DNA of 18,918 nt from positions 1-18,918 of the IMG/VR virus record IMGVR_UViG_2695420617_000013; one strand, 5' to 3'. A program made the position numbers and the translations under genes. Within the stretch, counting starts at the first letter, position 1; each line of letters opens with the position of its first letter. Source of the stretch: a virus. Lineage: Duplodnaviria > Heunggongvirae > Uroviricota > Caudoviricetes. Positions 8,629 to 16,096 of this stretch are shown here, piece by piece. The notes under the pieces were generated by a model that was not told the DNA's origin, searched no databases, and saw nothing but the letters and a program-made list of their open reading frames with translations.

Positions 8629-9566
8629 CCCCTGAATCCTGCCGGGATCTGGCTGTAGTCCACGTTGTCGTAACTGGCTTTGAAGTACGGGTCTTCACGT
8701 TTTTCTGTGTGCGTGCTGACGGACGGCGATAAGCGCAGGGAAAGCTCATCCCATTTTTCCCGCAACTTCGACGGGCTGAGCACGTTACGGCACCAGAACG
8801 GATCGCGGCTGACGCGGCTGTACATCTCGCAGATTTGTTTGTGAGTACGACCATCCTGCACACACATCAGGCGAATTTCGTTTGCCCAGGCTGTCCAGTT
8901 AGGTTCTTTGGGACGAACCACCTCGCCGTCACATTCGGCGGCCTGCTCGTACAGGGCGATGATTTTTTTCCAGAGCCACTGTGCGCAGGTCAAATCATCC
9001 TGCGTCCCCCACTGGCGCTTTTTAGGGCTGAATACAACCGCATCAGGATGGCGAGTTAAAAAATCCTGTTCATCCGTCTGCGTGTCCGGTTGCGAAGCGT
9101 CCGGACGAGAAGGTTTTTTATCTGACGGATCATGTTTTGATTTTACTGACGGATCCCCGACAGATTCTGACGGGTGAAAACCCGCTTTTTTGCCAGATTT
9201 CGACGCATCAAATTTTGACGGGTCAGATTTTGATGCGTCAGATTTTGACGGGTCAGAATCTGACAGTTGAGAAAATGCCGCTGCCTGAAGCTTCGCAACG
9301 TTAAGCTGATAAACATTCGACGCATTGCGGTTACCCTGGCGACGCGCCTTACGCGTTAACCAGCCTTCTGCTTCCAGCCGTGCGATAGCCGTTCTGACGG
9401 TACTCATCCCCGCGCCAATCTGACGGGCAATGGTTTCAATTGATGGCCAGCACACACCTTCGTCATTACTGAAATCAGCCAGGCGGGCCATAATTGCCAC
9501 GCTGGATAACTTCATGCCTGACGCAGCGCAACCATCCCATACATAGCCGGTTAATTTAGTGCTCAT
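8625..9566 (-). CDS. Phage replication initiation protein (O-like), N-terminal wHTH with internal iteron-encoded linker
   Basis: N-terminal HTH (SIETIARQIGAGMSTVRTAIARLEAEGWL), a linker encoded by tandem DNA repeats (SDPSKSDASKSDPSKFDASKS), and a Trp-rich C-terminal domain. Position downstream of cro/cII-like genes matches the lambda O slot. No P- or DnaC-like loader gene follows. Confidence 0.6.
   Translation of the reverse strand: MSTKLTGYVWDGCAASGMKLSSVAIMARLADFSNDEGVCWPSIETIARQIGAGMSTVRTAIARLEAEGWLTRKARRQGNRNASNVYQLNVAKLQAAAFSQLSDSDPSKSDASKSDPSKFDASKSGKKAGFHPSESVGDPSVKSKHDPSDKKPSRPDASQPDTQTDEQDFLTRHPDAVVFSPKKRQWGTQDDLTCAQWLWKKIIALYEQAAECDGEVVRPKEPNWTAWANEIRLMCVQDGRTHKQICEMYSRVSRDPFWCRNVLSPSKLREKWDELSLRLSPSVSTHTEKREDPYFKASYDNVDYSQIPAGFRG
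9121..9265. repeat. Iteron-like direct repeats (candidate replication origin) inside the replication initiator gene
   Basis: About eight copies of a TGACGG(G/A)T-type motif, including three tandem 15-bp units (attttgacgggtcag / attttgatgcgtcag / attttgacgggtcag) at 9211-9255, with AT-richer sequence on one side. This mirrors ori-lambda lying within O. Confidence 0.55.
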
Positions 9567-9575
9567 GACCGACCT

Positions 9576-9914
9576 CTATTTCCCTGAATTTACGACGAAA
9601 CTGTTCGAGCGGACTGAAGCATTCATGCTCATAGCCTTCGCGGAGGTAGATAACCCGTTGTGTTTCCGGCTCCCAACGAATGACTCTGACGGGTACTCCG
9701 TAGTGATCTTTGAACCAGCGGTTAATTTGACGCAAAGGACTGTCTCCTTCTGCCGGTTGAAATCACCCACAGCCCACTCTGCAAAGCTGTGGGTTACAAT
9801 TTCCCTGTCACCTGGTACATTCACTGCATAGCAATACTCCACCTTCGCTTTTCCACCCGGTACAGGAAGCGCAATCAGTTGCGAGCGACGGTAGGGTGTT
9901 GTTAAACTGTTCAT
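9576..9914 (-). CDS. Hypothetical protein (112 aa), translationally coupled upstream of the replication gene
   Basis: Stop TAG lies 9 nt before the initiator ATG, and the strand matches the operon. No domain recognised. An alternative plus-strand ORF (9559..9831) overlaps and was judged less likely. Confidence 0.35.
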   Translation of the reverse strand: MNSLTTPYRRSQLIALPVPGGKAKVEYCYAVNVPGDREIVTHSFAEWAVGDFNRQKETVLCVKLTAGSKITTEYPSESFVGSRKHNGLSTSAKAMSMNASVRSNSFVVNSGK

Positions 9915-10525
9915 GCGTTAGTTTCTCCACAATTAGAAGCAATCGACGCCACGACGCCCGGAGCTGCACACTCGCGGGCGTCATTACTTTCTGAAATGCA
10001 AAAGATTTTGTAGACCAGTGCTGCATGCTCCTGCAGCTTCGAAATTGACAGGTACAGTTCGTCGTTAATTGCTGCCTGCTCGTGTGGTTCCACCACCCCG
10101 TCTTCAATTGCTGAACGAATCTGTTTTGAATAACTGCCGATCTGTTCAATGACCTCCAGCAGGCGTTGGTTTATATCGGCGTTCTCTACTTCCTCAATTT
10201 CAGGAAGCGATACAAACACCCCACCAGCAGACTGTGCGACTGCATCCGCAATGTGGTGAGTGCCAGCAGCACGCTGTAAAACCATTGCCCATCCCAGCGG
10301 GAAAATCTGATCGCCATCGGCACGAAGGCGGTTAAATAATGCGTTCTCTGTTACATCCAGCCAGTCAGCAGCTTCAGCGTAACCCCCCGGCAATGCCGCG
10401 ATAGTTTTTCTGACAGCTTTCACGTACCACTCAGGCTGTTTTTCTACTTTCCAGTGATGCTTACCCACGGTTAGCCTCATCGTTCTGTGGTTTCTGTTAA
10501 TCGATTTATCCATTAGATTTTTCAT
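9911..10525 (-). CDS. YdaT-like / cII-position regulatory protein
   Basis: Occupies the slot directly after the cro-like gene, as ydaT does in Rac-type prophages. Start assigned to the internal ATG at 10525 to limit overlap with cro; the ORF-track start is 10582. Family assignment is from position and general resemblance only. Confidence 0.4.
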   Translation of the reverse strand: MKNLMDKSINRNHRTMRLTVGKHHWKVEKQPEWYVKAVRKTIAALPGGYAEAADWLDVTENALFNRLRADGDQIFPLGWAMVLQRAAGTHHIADAVAQSAGGVFVSLPEIEEVENADINQRLLEVIEQIGSYSKQIRSAIEDGVVEPHEQAAINDELYLSISKLQEHAALVYKIFCISESNDARECAAPGVVASIASNCGETNA

Positions 10526-10706
10526 AAAGCTCAGGTTTAAATGGCAACCGTCCGCAAGTTCTATATGCAGCTTCTGCTGCACGTCCTTTTGGAATTAACT
10601 GGCCCGGACGGTTTCGCCACTGATAAACGGCTTCAGTTGTTATGCCGAAAAAAGCAGCAACTTTCTCAATACTGCCGAAGTAGCTTTCGATATCGTCAGT
10701 TGTCAT
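10506..10706 (-). CDS. Cro-like HTH repressor (66 aa)
   Basis: Small HTH protein (FGITTEAVYQWRNRPGQ) transcribed divergently from the cI-like repressor. Strong GGAGGG RBS upstream. Confidence 0.6.
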   Translation of the reverse strand: MTTDDIESYFGSIEKVAAFFGITTEAVYQWRNRPGQLIPKGRAAEAAYRTCGRLPFKPELYEKSNG

Positions 10707-10803
10707 ACGCCCTCCAAACTAAGTTTTATTAGATGCTAATTACAAATCTATCTTTGGTCAATAAAAACTAAGATTACTTAGCAATTCAAGAAATGGTGCT
10801 CCT
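10707..10803. promoter_or_regulatory. Immunity-region operator/promoter (OR-like) between cro-like and cI-like genes
   Basis: 97-bp AT-rich divergent intergenic region with repeated CTAAG/CTTAG half-sites (e.g. CTAAGATTACTTAG, CTAAGTTTTATTAG) and a TTGACC -35-like element for the cro-direction promoter. Confidence 0.4.
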
Positions 10804-11430
10804 ATGGAAACGGTTGGTCAGCGTATAAAAGCTCTGAGAAGAGTTACCAGAACGTCCCAGAAAGAATTGGGTAAATTTTGTGGAGTAAGCGACGTTGCTG
10901 TGGGGTACTGGGAGAAAGACATCAATACCCCTGGTGGGGAGGCACTTTCGAAATTAGCGAAGTTCTTCAATACGTCAATAGATTACATTCTTTATGGTGC
11001 TGAGTTTGAAGGCAAACTCGTCACAAACATGCGCAGAGTTCCTGTAATATCGTGGGTTCAGGCTGGGCAGTTTACTGAGTGCAGGGCAGCAGAAGTGTTT
11101 AGTGAAGTGGACAAGTGGGTAGATACATCATTAAAGATTGGTGATAACTCATTTGCATTAGAGGTTAAAGGTGACTCCATGACTAACCCTAATGGCCTCC
11201 CAACAATACCAGAAGGCGCAACAGTGATTGTAGATCCAGATGCAGAACCTCGTCATGGAAAAATAGTCATCGCTCGACTTGATGGAACAAACGAAGCTAC
11301 AGTAAAAAAATTAGTCATCGATGGCCCTCAAAAGTTTTTAGTGCCATTAAATCCTCGGTATCCCAACATCCCTATCAATGGTAATTGCCTTATCATTGGT
11401 GTAGTCAAAGGAGTTCAATACGAACTCTAA
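10804..11430 (+). CDS. CI-like prophage repressor (HTH-XRE N-terminus, S24 LexA-like autopeptidase C-terminus), 208 aa
   Basis: N-terminal HTH (SQKELGKFCGVSDVAVGYWEKD). C-terminal S24 signature with the Ser nucleophile in GDSM and a downstream Lys (VKKL). Implies a RecA/SOS-cleavable repressor. Confidence 0.9.
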   Translation: METVGQRIKALRRVTRTSQKELGKFCGVSDVAVGYWEKDINTPGGEALSKLAKFFNTSIDYILYGAEFEGKLVTNMRRVPVISWVQAGQFTECRAAEVFSEVDKWVDTSLKIGDNSFALEVKGDSMTNPNGLPTIPEGATVIVDPDAEPRHGKIVIARLDGTNEATVKKLVIDGPQKFLVPLNPRYPNIPINGNCLIIGVVKGVQYEL

Positions 11431-11439
11431 GACCTCTCT

Positions 11440-11632
11440 TCTCTAACTAAGGCACCGAACTAAGAAAAGTTTGGTGTTTTCTCTTGCTATAATAACTAAG
11501 TTAAGTTAGATTTTATATCAAAGATAACGAACAGGCAGGACGCCCACGAAGTAGCCGCCGGTGGCGTATGAATGACCGGATGATTCGTTAGCAACAAAAA
11601 AAGCGCCCTATAGGACGCTTCGCTCTTTAACA
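11440..11632 (+). promoter_or_regulatory. Candidate pL-like promoter/operator region with rrn-type boxA-like motif
   Basis: CTAAG operator-like repeats (aactaaggcaccgaactaag; aactaagttaagttag) flank an extended -10 (tTGcTATAAT) near 11484-11492. Downstream motif GCTCTTTAACAA at about 11618-11629 matches the core of the boxA element as I recall it, preceded by a palindrome gcgccctataggacgc. Confidence 0.3.
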
Positions 11633-11664
11633 ATCCTGGTATCCCCGTAACAAAAGAGGGTTCT

Positions 11665-11958
11665 ATGGTCATATTCTGTGCTTACGTTCATCCTAATGGA
11701 TTTTTTATCAGCACCAACCAACAAGACGAATTCTGGATTCTACTTAGTAAGCAGGTCGGATGGGGACGATTCTGTCTAATCCGACCAGAATCAGAATTTA
11801 CAGAGAATGGAGGGCTTTTTGAATTACGTGAAATACGTCCGGCAGATGGTCAAGCCCCTGACCAAGTAATCGAATCGTCAGCTGTTTTATGGCGTCGGCA
11901 GGAAGCGTTCGAAGCTGAGAGAGTAATTTCTTCTTATCTTCAGTCGTGGCAGAAGTAG
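11665..11958 (+). CDS. Hypothetical protein (97 aa), first ORF downstream of the putative pL
   Basis: Good RBS (aaagagggttctATG). No recognisable domain and not Arg-rich (not N-like). Its 3' 160 nt overlap the convergent ORF 11798..12301, so one of the two may be mis-called. Confidence 0.35.
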   Translation: MVIFCAYVHPNGFFISTNQQDEFWILLSKQVGWGRFCLIRPESEFTENGGLFELREIRPADGQAPDQVIESSAVLWRRQEAFEAERVISSYLQSWQK

Positions 11959-12301
11959 AACTATTGATGATACGTTCAAGTTCACAGAGAGTCTCATCAT
12001 GCAATCTTATTGTCATAATCCCAAGAATAGCTTTAAGACCTCCATCATCACGAATGAAATCAATTCCATCTTTAGTAATTCTTAATTCAGGAATATTTAT
12101 ATTTATGCCATCCAAGTAATAATCAAGAGCATTCTTAATCAAGCCATGTTCTTCGAGATAAATTAAGTTCGAAATTAGGACATTATCATCTCCAAATGCG
12201 TCACGAACAGACTGCAACGCATCATCAGAAATTTCATAAGGATGAGCATCATACAGTATTTGTAACAACTGCCTTTGTGCACTTCTATCAAATTTGTCCA
12301 T
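11798..12301 (-). CDS. Hypothetical AT-rich protein with predicted winged-helix motif (DUF2513-like?), convergent with the cI/pL direction
   Basis: Strongly AT-rich coding sequence (about 11960-12300) versus GC-balanced flanks. Motif NLIYLEEHGLIKN resembles a wHTH recognition helix. Opposite orientation to all neighbours. A hairpin (ggtcggat...atccgacc) follows its stop. Confidence 0.5.
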   Translation of the reverse strand: MDKFDRSAQRQLLQILYDAHPYEISDDALQSVRDAFGDDNVLISNLIYLEEHGLIKNALDYYLDGININIPELRITKDGIDFIRDDGGLKAILGIMTIRLHDETLCELERIINSSTSATTEDKKKLLSQLRTLPADAIKQLTIRLLGQGLDHLPDVFHVIQKALHSL

Positions 12302-12579
12302 CTTAAATAATCACCATGTTATTGGGGTTATCAAGATTAACCGAATCCTTGTTGTTGGGGAATAACCAGGTCCACCTCGCCTGATGTGGCTAAAAGCAGG
12401 CACATAACAGCTAAGTATTTTCAACCAGAGAGAATCCTTAGCGTTGTGGTGAATGCGGCTCAGCGCACGCGGGTTAAGGTTGAGGCTGACAGTCGACCTT
12501 CTGTGGATACCCACCCGCCTGGTGTGCAACCTTCGCCAGGCACCGGGAGGCACCCGGCACCACAACAGCCACTGCTTTG

Positions 12580-12714
12580 GCGGTACCAGTTTGTACACTT
12601 GCTTCCGGCTGGTACCGCTCTTTTTACAAAACAGAGAAGAGCATCACCGGACGACGGGCTCATAACCCAATCCACCCGGGCGGCTGCCACCGCAGGTGTT
12701 CTTCTCTGTTTTGT
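12580..12714 (+). promoter_or_regulatory. Structured leader: terminator-like hairpin plus long imperfect inverted repeat upstream of the yfdP-like operon
   Basis: Hairpin cggtaccag-(loop)-ctggtaccg followed by ctcttttt (12582-12625). Immediately after, acaaaacagagaaga...tcttctctgttttgt forms a 15-bp perfect stem extended by 4 more bp across a bulge, enclosing a 46-nt GC-rich loop. The terminator U-tract (ctcttttt) overlaps sequence complementary to the second stem (agaagag), so the two structures are mutually exclusive. boxA-like CGCTCTTTTTAC at about 12617. Confidence 0.4.
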
Positions 12715-12762
12715 GGAGAAACCAACCGACCTTGCAGGGTCGATATGATGAGGAGCAGCAAA

Positions 12763-13125
12763 ATGGCTAGCGAACGCAGTACTGATGTGCAGGCATTTAT
12801 CGGGGAGCTGGACGGCGGCGTATTTGAAACCAAAATCGGCGCAGTTCTCAGTGAAGTCGCTTCCGGTGTGATGAACACGAAAACCAAAGGGAAGGTCTCA
12901 CTCAATCTGGAAATCGAACCGTTTGATGAGAACCGTGTGAAAATCAAACACAAACTCTCATATGTTCGCCCGACTAACCGCGGGAAAATTTCCGAAGAAG
13001 ACACCACCGAAACGCCGATGTATGTCAATCGCGGTGGTCGCCTGACTATTCTGCAGGAAGACCAGGGACAATTACTGACTCTTGCCGGTGAACCTGACGG
13101 AAAACTCCGCGCAGCAGGTCATTAA
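12763..13125 (+). CDS. YfdP-like phage early protein (120 aa)
   Basis: ATG with GAGGAG RBS, directly upstream of the yfdQ/yfdR/yfdS-like genes in the same order as the CPS-53 (KplE1) prophage cluster as I recall it. The ORF-track start at 12577 lies in the structured GC-rich leader and is rejected. Confidence 0.55.
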   Translation: MASERSTDVQAFIGELDGGVFETKIGAVLSEVASGVMNTKTKGKVSLNLEIEPFDENRVKIKHKLSYVRPTNRGKISEEDTTETPMYVNRGGRLTILQEDQGQLLTLAGEPDGKLRAAGH

Positions 13126-13190
13126 TATCGTTTTTAATTAACTGATTATTTATCTCATCACTGAATATTTTTATATAGTGAGGACTTATT

Positions 13191-14015
13191 ATGTCTCAGA
13201 ACTTAGACGCAACCGCAATTAATCAAATCCATGCCCTTATTTCTGCTCAGGGTGTTAATGAAATTATCAGTAAGATTGGTGCCGATGCTGTGGCATTGCC
13301 TGAGAATTTCCGCATTCATGATCTGGAAAAATTTAATTTAAATCGTTTCCGTTTCCGTGGTGCGCTTTCCACTGCCAGCATCGATGACTTTACCCGTTAT
13401 TCTAAAGATCTTGCAGATGAAGGCACCCGCTGCTTTATCGATGCCGATAATATGCGTGCCGTCAGTGTGCTTAACCTGGGTACTATTGATGAACCAGGTC
13501 ACGCAGATAACACCGCCACTCTCAAACTGAAAAAGACAGCACCGTTCTCTGCTCTGTTGTATGTTAATGGCGAGCGTAACTCCCAGAAATCACTGGCAGA
13601 ATGGATTGAAGACTGGGCCGACTACCTTGTGGGCTTTGATGCTAATGGTGACACCATTCAGGCAACAAAAGCGGCTGCGGCGGTCCGTAAAATCACGATT
13701 GAAGCAAACCAGACTGCTGATTTTGAAGATAATGACTTCAGCGGCAAACGCTCCCTGATGGAGTCTGTCGAAGCGAAGACCAAAGACATTATGCCAGTGG
13801 CATTTGAGTTTAAATGCGTTCCGTTTGAAGGTCTGAAAGAACGTCCGTTTAAATTACGCCTCAGCATTATCACTGGCGATCGTCCGGTACTGGTTCTGCG
13901 CATTATTCAGCTGGAAGCGGTGCAGGAAGATATGGCTAACGAATTTCGTGATCTGCTTGTTGAGAAATTCAAGGACAGCAAAGTAGAAACCTTTATTGGG
14001 ACTTTCACCGCCTGA
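13191..14015 (+). CDS. yfdQ: YfdQ-like protein (DUF2303 family), 274 aa
   Basis: Length and sequence character match E. coli prophage YfdQ as recalled. GAGGA RBS. Conserved gene order with the HD-domain YfdR homolog downstream. Confidence 0.7.
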   Translation: MSQNLDATAINQIHALISAQGVNEIISKIGADAVALPENFRIHDLEKFNLNRFRFRGALSTASIDDFTRYSKDLADEGTRCFIDADNMRAVSVLNLGTIDEPGHADNTATLKLKKTAPFSALLYVNGERNSQKSLAEWIEDWADYLVGFDANGDTIQATKAAAAVRKITIEANQTADFEDNDFSGKRSLMESVEAKTKDIMPVAFEFKCVPFEGLKERPFKLRLSIITGDRPVLVLRIIQLEAVQEDMANEFRDLLVEKFKDSKVETFIGTFTA

Positions 14016-14027
14016 TTTCATTACTGC

Positions 14028-14049
14028 AAATGCCCCTGCGGGGGCATTT
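14028..14049. other. Perfect 9-bp-stem hairpin (aaatgcccc-tgcg-ggggcattt) between yfdQ-like and yfdR-like genes
   Basis: Seen directly in the sequence. Lacks a long U-tract, so it is a weak terminator at best; could be an attenuator or RNA processing/stability element. Confidence 0.3.
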
Positions 14050-14142
14050 ATGGAAACATAATTGACTCAATAATCGCCTGATGGCGAGGGTTTTCTTTAA
14101 CCAAAATTCAGCGCGGTGCAGCGCATATACGTGGAGAACAAA

Positions 14143-14679
14143 ATGTCATTTATTAAAACTTTTTCCGGGAAGCATTTTTATTATGACAAGATAAATAAAG
14201 ACGACATCGTGATTAACGATATCGCGGTTTCCCTTTCAAATATCTGTCGCTTTGCAGGACATCTTTCACACTTCTACAGTGTCGCCCAGCATGCAGTGCT
14301 TTGCAGCCAACTGGTGCCGCAGGAATTTGCTTTTGAAGCGTTAATGCATGATGCAACAGAAGCGTATTGCCAGGACATCCCCGCACCACTGAAACGACTT
14401 CTTCCTGACTATAAACGGATGGAAGAAAAAATAGACGCCGTAATCCGTGAGAAATACGGGTTACCTCCTGTTATGAGCACGCCAGTGAAATATGCCGATC
14501 TCATTATGCTGGCAACCGAACGCCGCGATCTCGGACTTGATGATGGCTCTTTCTGGCCTGTATTGGAAGGTATCCCGGCAACAGAGATGTTCAAAGTTAT
14601 TCCACTGTCGCCAGGTCATGCCTACGGGATGTTTATGGAACGTTTTAACGAGTTATCGGAGTTACGCAAATGCGCATGA
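14143..14679 (+). CDS. yfdR: HD-domain 5'-deoxynucleotidase, YfdR-like (178 aa)
   Basis: HD phosphohydrolase motifs (H...LMHDATEAY) and 178-aa length from the ATG at 14143 with GGAGA RBS. The ORF-track start at 14116 is upstream of the RBS. Confidence 0.8.
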   Translation: MSFIKTFSGKHFYYDKINKDDIVINDIAVSLSNICRFAGHLSHFYSVAQHAVLCSQLVPQEFAFEALMHDATEAYCQDIPAPLKRLLPDYKRMEEKIDAVIREKYGLPPVMSTPVKYADLIMLATERRDLGLDDGSFWPVLEGIPATEMFKVIPLSPGHAYGMFMERFNELSELRKCA

Positions 14680-15032
14680 ATGTTTTCGAAATGGAAGGGT
14701 TTCTTCGCGGGAAATGTGTACCGCGAGATCTGAAAGTGAACGAAACAAATGCTGAGTACCTGGTACGTAAATTCGACGCGCTTGAAGCTAAATGTGCGGC
14801 ACTGGAAAACAAAATAATACCAGTGTCAGCTGAATTGCCACCTGCAAATGAAAGTGTTCTGTTATTTGATGCTAACGGAGAAGGCTGGCTGATTGGCTGG
14901 CGTTCTCTCTGGTACACCTGGGGACAAAAGGAAACCGGAGAATGGCAGTGGACATTTCAGGTCGGGGATCTTGAAAACGTCAATATCACTCACTGGGCAG
15001 TAATACCAAAGGCACCGGAGGCAGGGGCATAA
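14670..15032 (+). CDS. yfdS: YfdS-like phage protein (120 aa)
   Basis: Start overlaps the yfdR-like stop (ATGCGCATGA). Same length and position as YfdS in the yfdPQRST cluster. Confidence 0.6.
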   Translation: MRMNVFEMEGFLRGKCVPRDLKVNETNAEYLVRKFDALEAKCAALENKIIPVSAELPPANESVLLFDANGEGWLIGWRSLWYTWGQKETGEWQWTFQVGDLENVNITHWAVIPKAPEAGA

Positions 15033-15652
15033 TGACCACATTTACCGACAAAGAACTGATTAAAGAAATCAAAGAGCGTATAGGCAGTCTGGATGTGCGA
15101 GACAATATTGAGCGCCGTGCTTATGAAATTGCTTTGGTATCGCTGGAAGCAGAACCGGTGGCATGGCTGCATTCAGACAATGGCTTAGGTATTCCGGCAA
15201 TAACACGGAGTAAAAACATTGCTGACAGTTGGTTATCAAAGGGCTGGTATGTTCAGCCGCTATATATAGCCAAGCCAGTGCCGGTGGTGCCAGATGTTCG
15301 TCCATCTTTAAATAATGGCATAGTCGGTTTTGATGAAGGCTGGAACGCCTGCCGCGCCGCCATGCTTCATGGTGCCGAACCTGTAAGCCAAACTTACAAG
15401 TTGAACGAGCTGTCGGGCAACTCTCCGGTAACTCCGGATGGTTGGATAAGCTGTAGTGAGCGAATGCCGAACGATAAACAGTATGTTTGGTGTTGGGGGA
15501 AGTCTTACGGCTGGACTGAGTGCGATACCTTCGAAGGGTATTACGATTGGTCGAGAAACAAATGGTGGGCAATTACTGACGATGGGGAAGAACCGGCATC
15601 GAAAGTAACCCACTGGATGACGCTACCGGAGCCACCGCAGGAGGTGAAGTAA
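15032..15652 (+). CDS. Phage protein with C-terminal DUF551 domain
   Basis: C-terminal Trp-rich motif (PDGWISCSERMPNDKQYVWCWGKS...KWWAITDDGEE...VTHWMTLPEPP) is characteristic of DUF551. Start overlaps the upstream stop (TAATGA). Confidence 0.65.
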   Translation: MTTFTDKELIKEIKERIGSLDVRDNIERRAYEIALVSLEAEPVAWLHSDNGLGIPAITRSKNIADSWLSKGWYVQPLYIAKPVPVVPDVRPSLNNGIVGFDEGWNACRAAMLHGAEPVSQTYKLNELSGNSPVTPDGWISCSERMPNDKQYVWCWGKSYGWTECDTFEGYYDWSRNKWWAITDDGEEPASKVTHWMTLPEPPQEVK

Positions 15653-15900
15653 TGAACAACTTAATGACAACTAAACAAGTCGCCGACTTCTGTGGCGTTT
15701 CAGTATCGACCGTTCTTCGCTGGAACAGTGTAAACAGGAGAACTGGCCAGAAATACAGGCCAGACTTTCCAGATCCTGATATTAAATCCTGCCCAAATAA
15801 ATGGGCATCACGTAAGATTTACAAATTTGCCGGAGTTATTGAGGAATGTGAAGCAGCTCAGATTGAGATGACACATCCTATAGCACATAGCCAAACATAG
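15652..15900 (+). CDS. Excisionase-like / AlpA-type HTH DNA-binding protein (82 aa)
   Basis: HTH (TTKQVADFCGVSVSTVLRW) in a small protein at the distal end of the early-left operon near the integrase, the usual xis position. Start overlaps the upstream stop. Confidence 0.45.
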   Translation: MNNLMTTKQVADFCGVSVSTVLRWNSVNRRTGQKYRPDFPDPDIKSCPNKWASRKIYKFAGVIEECEAAQIEMTHPIAHSQT

Positions 15901-16096
15901 CAATCAGACTGTCCGCTTTGTGTTGAAGCGGACATTGCCGCAGCGACTTGTCTTAGCCATAAATAACCAAAACGATGCGCTGTTCATATAAAGTTCTTTT
16001 AAACTTCAAATCAGTAATTTTTGTCTAAATCTTTTCAAACTCATAAAAACCAGTAAGATAAGAAATCACCTTTACCTGTTTTTATGAGAGGCATAA

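Noticed and set aside
9196-9265. Possibility that the tandem 15-bp repeats are a CRISPR array or a mobile-element terminal repeat
   Set aside because: Units are contiguous with no spacers, lie in-frame within a replication-initiator ORF, and match the ori-within-O iteron arrangement; no cas genes anywhere in the window.
9559-9831. Plus-strand ORF 9559..9831 as an alternative to minus-strand 9576..9914
   Set aside because: Opposite to operon polarity, whereas the minus-strand ORF is translationally coupled to the replication gene. Kept the minus-strand call, at low confidence.
12386-12748. ORFs in the GC-rich leader (12386..12748 +, 12453..12665 +, 12460..12690 -, and the 5' extension of 12577..13125)
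   Set aside because: Translations are Pro/Arg/Gly-rich with no RBS. The region is dominated by long inverted repeats and a terminator-like hairpin, so it is interpreted as structured non-coding RNA or leader. The yfdP-like gene was started at the ATG at 12763, which has a GAGGAG RBS.
11431-12762. Search for an N-like antiterminator, rexAB or sieB homologs downstream of cI
   Set aside because: No small Arg-rich ORF and no ORFs of rexA/rexB size or character. Only the 97-aa and 167-aa unknown ORFs are present, so no such call was made.
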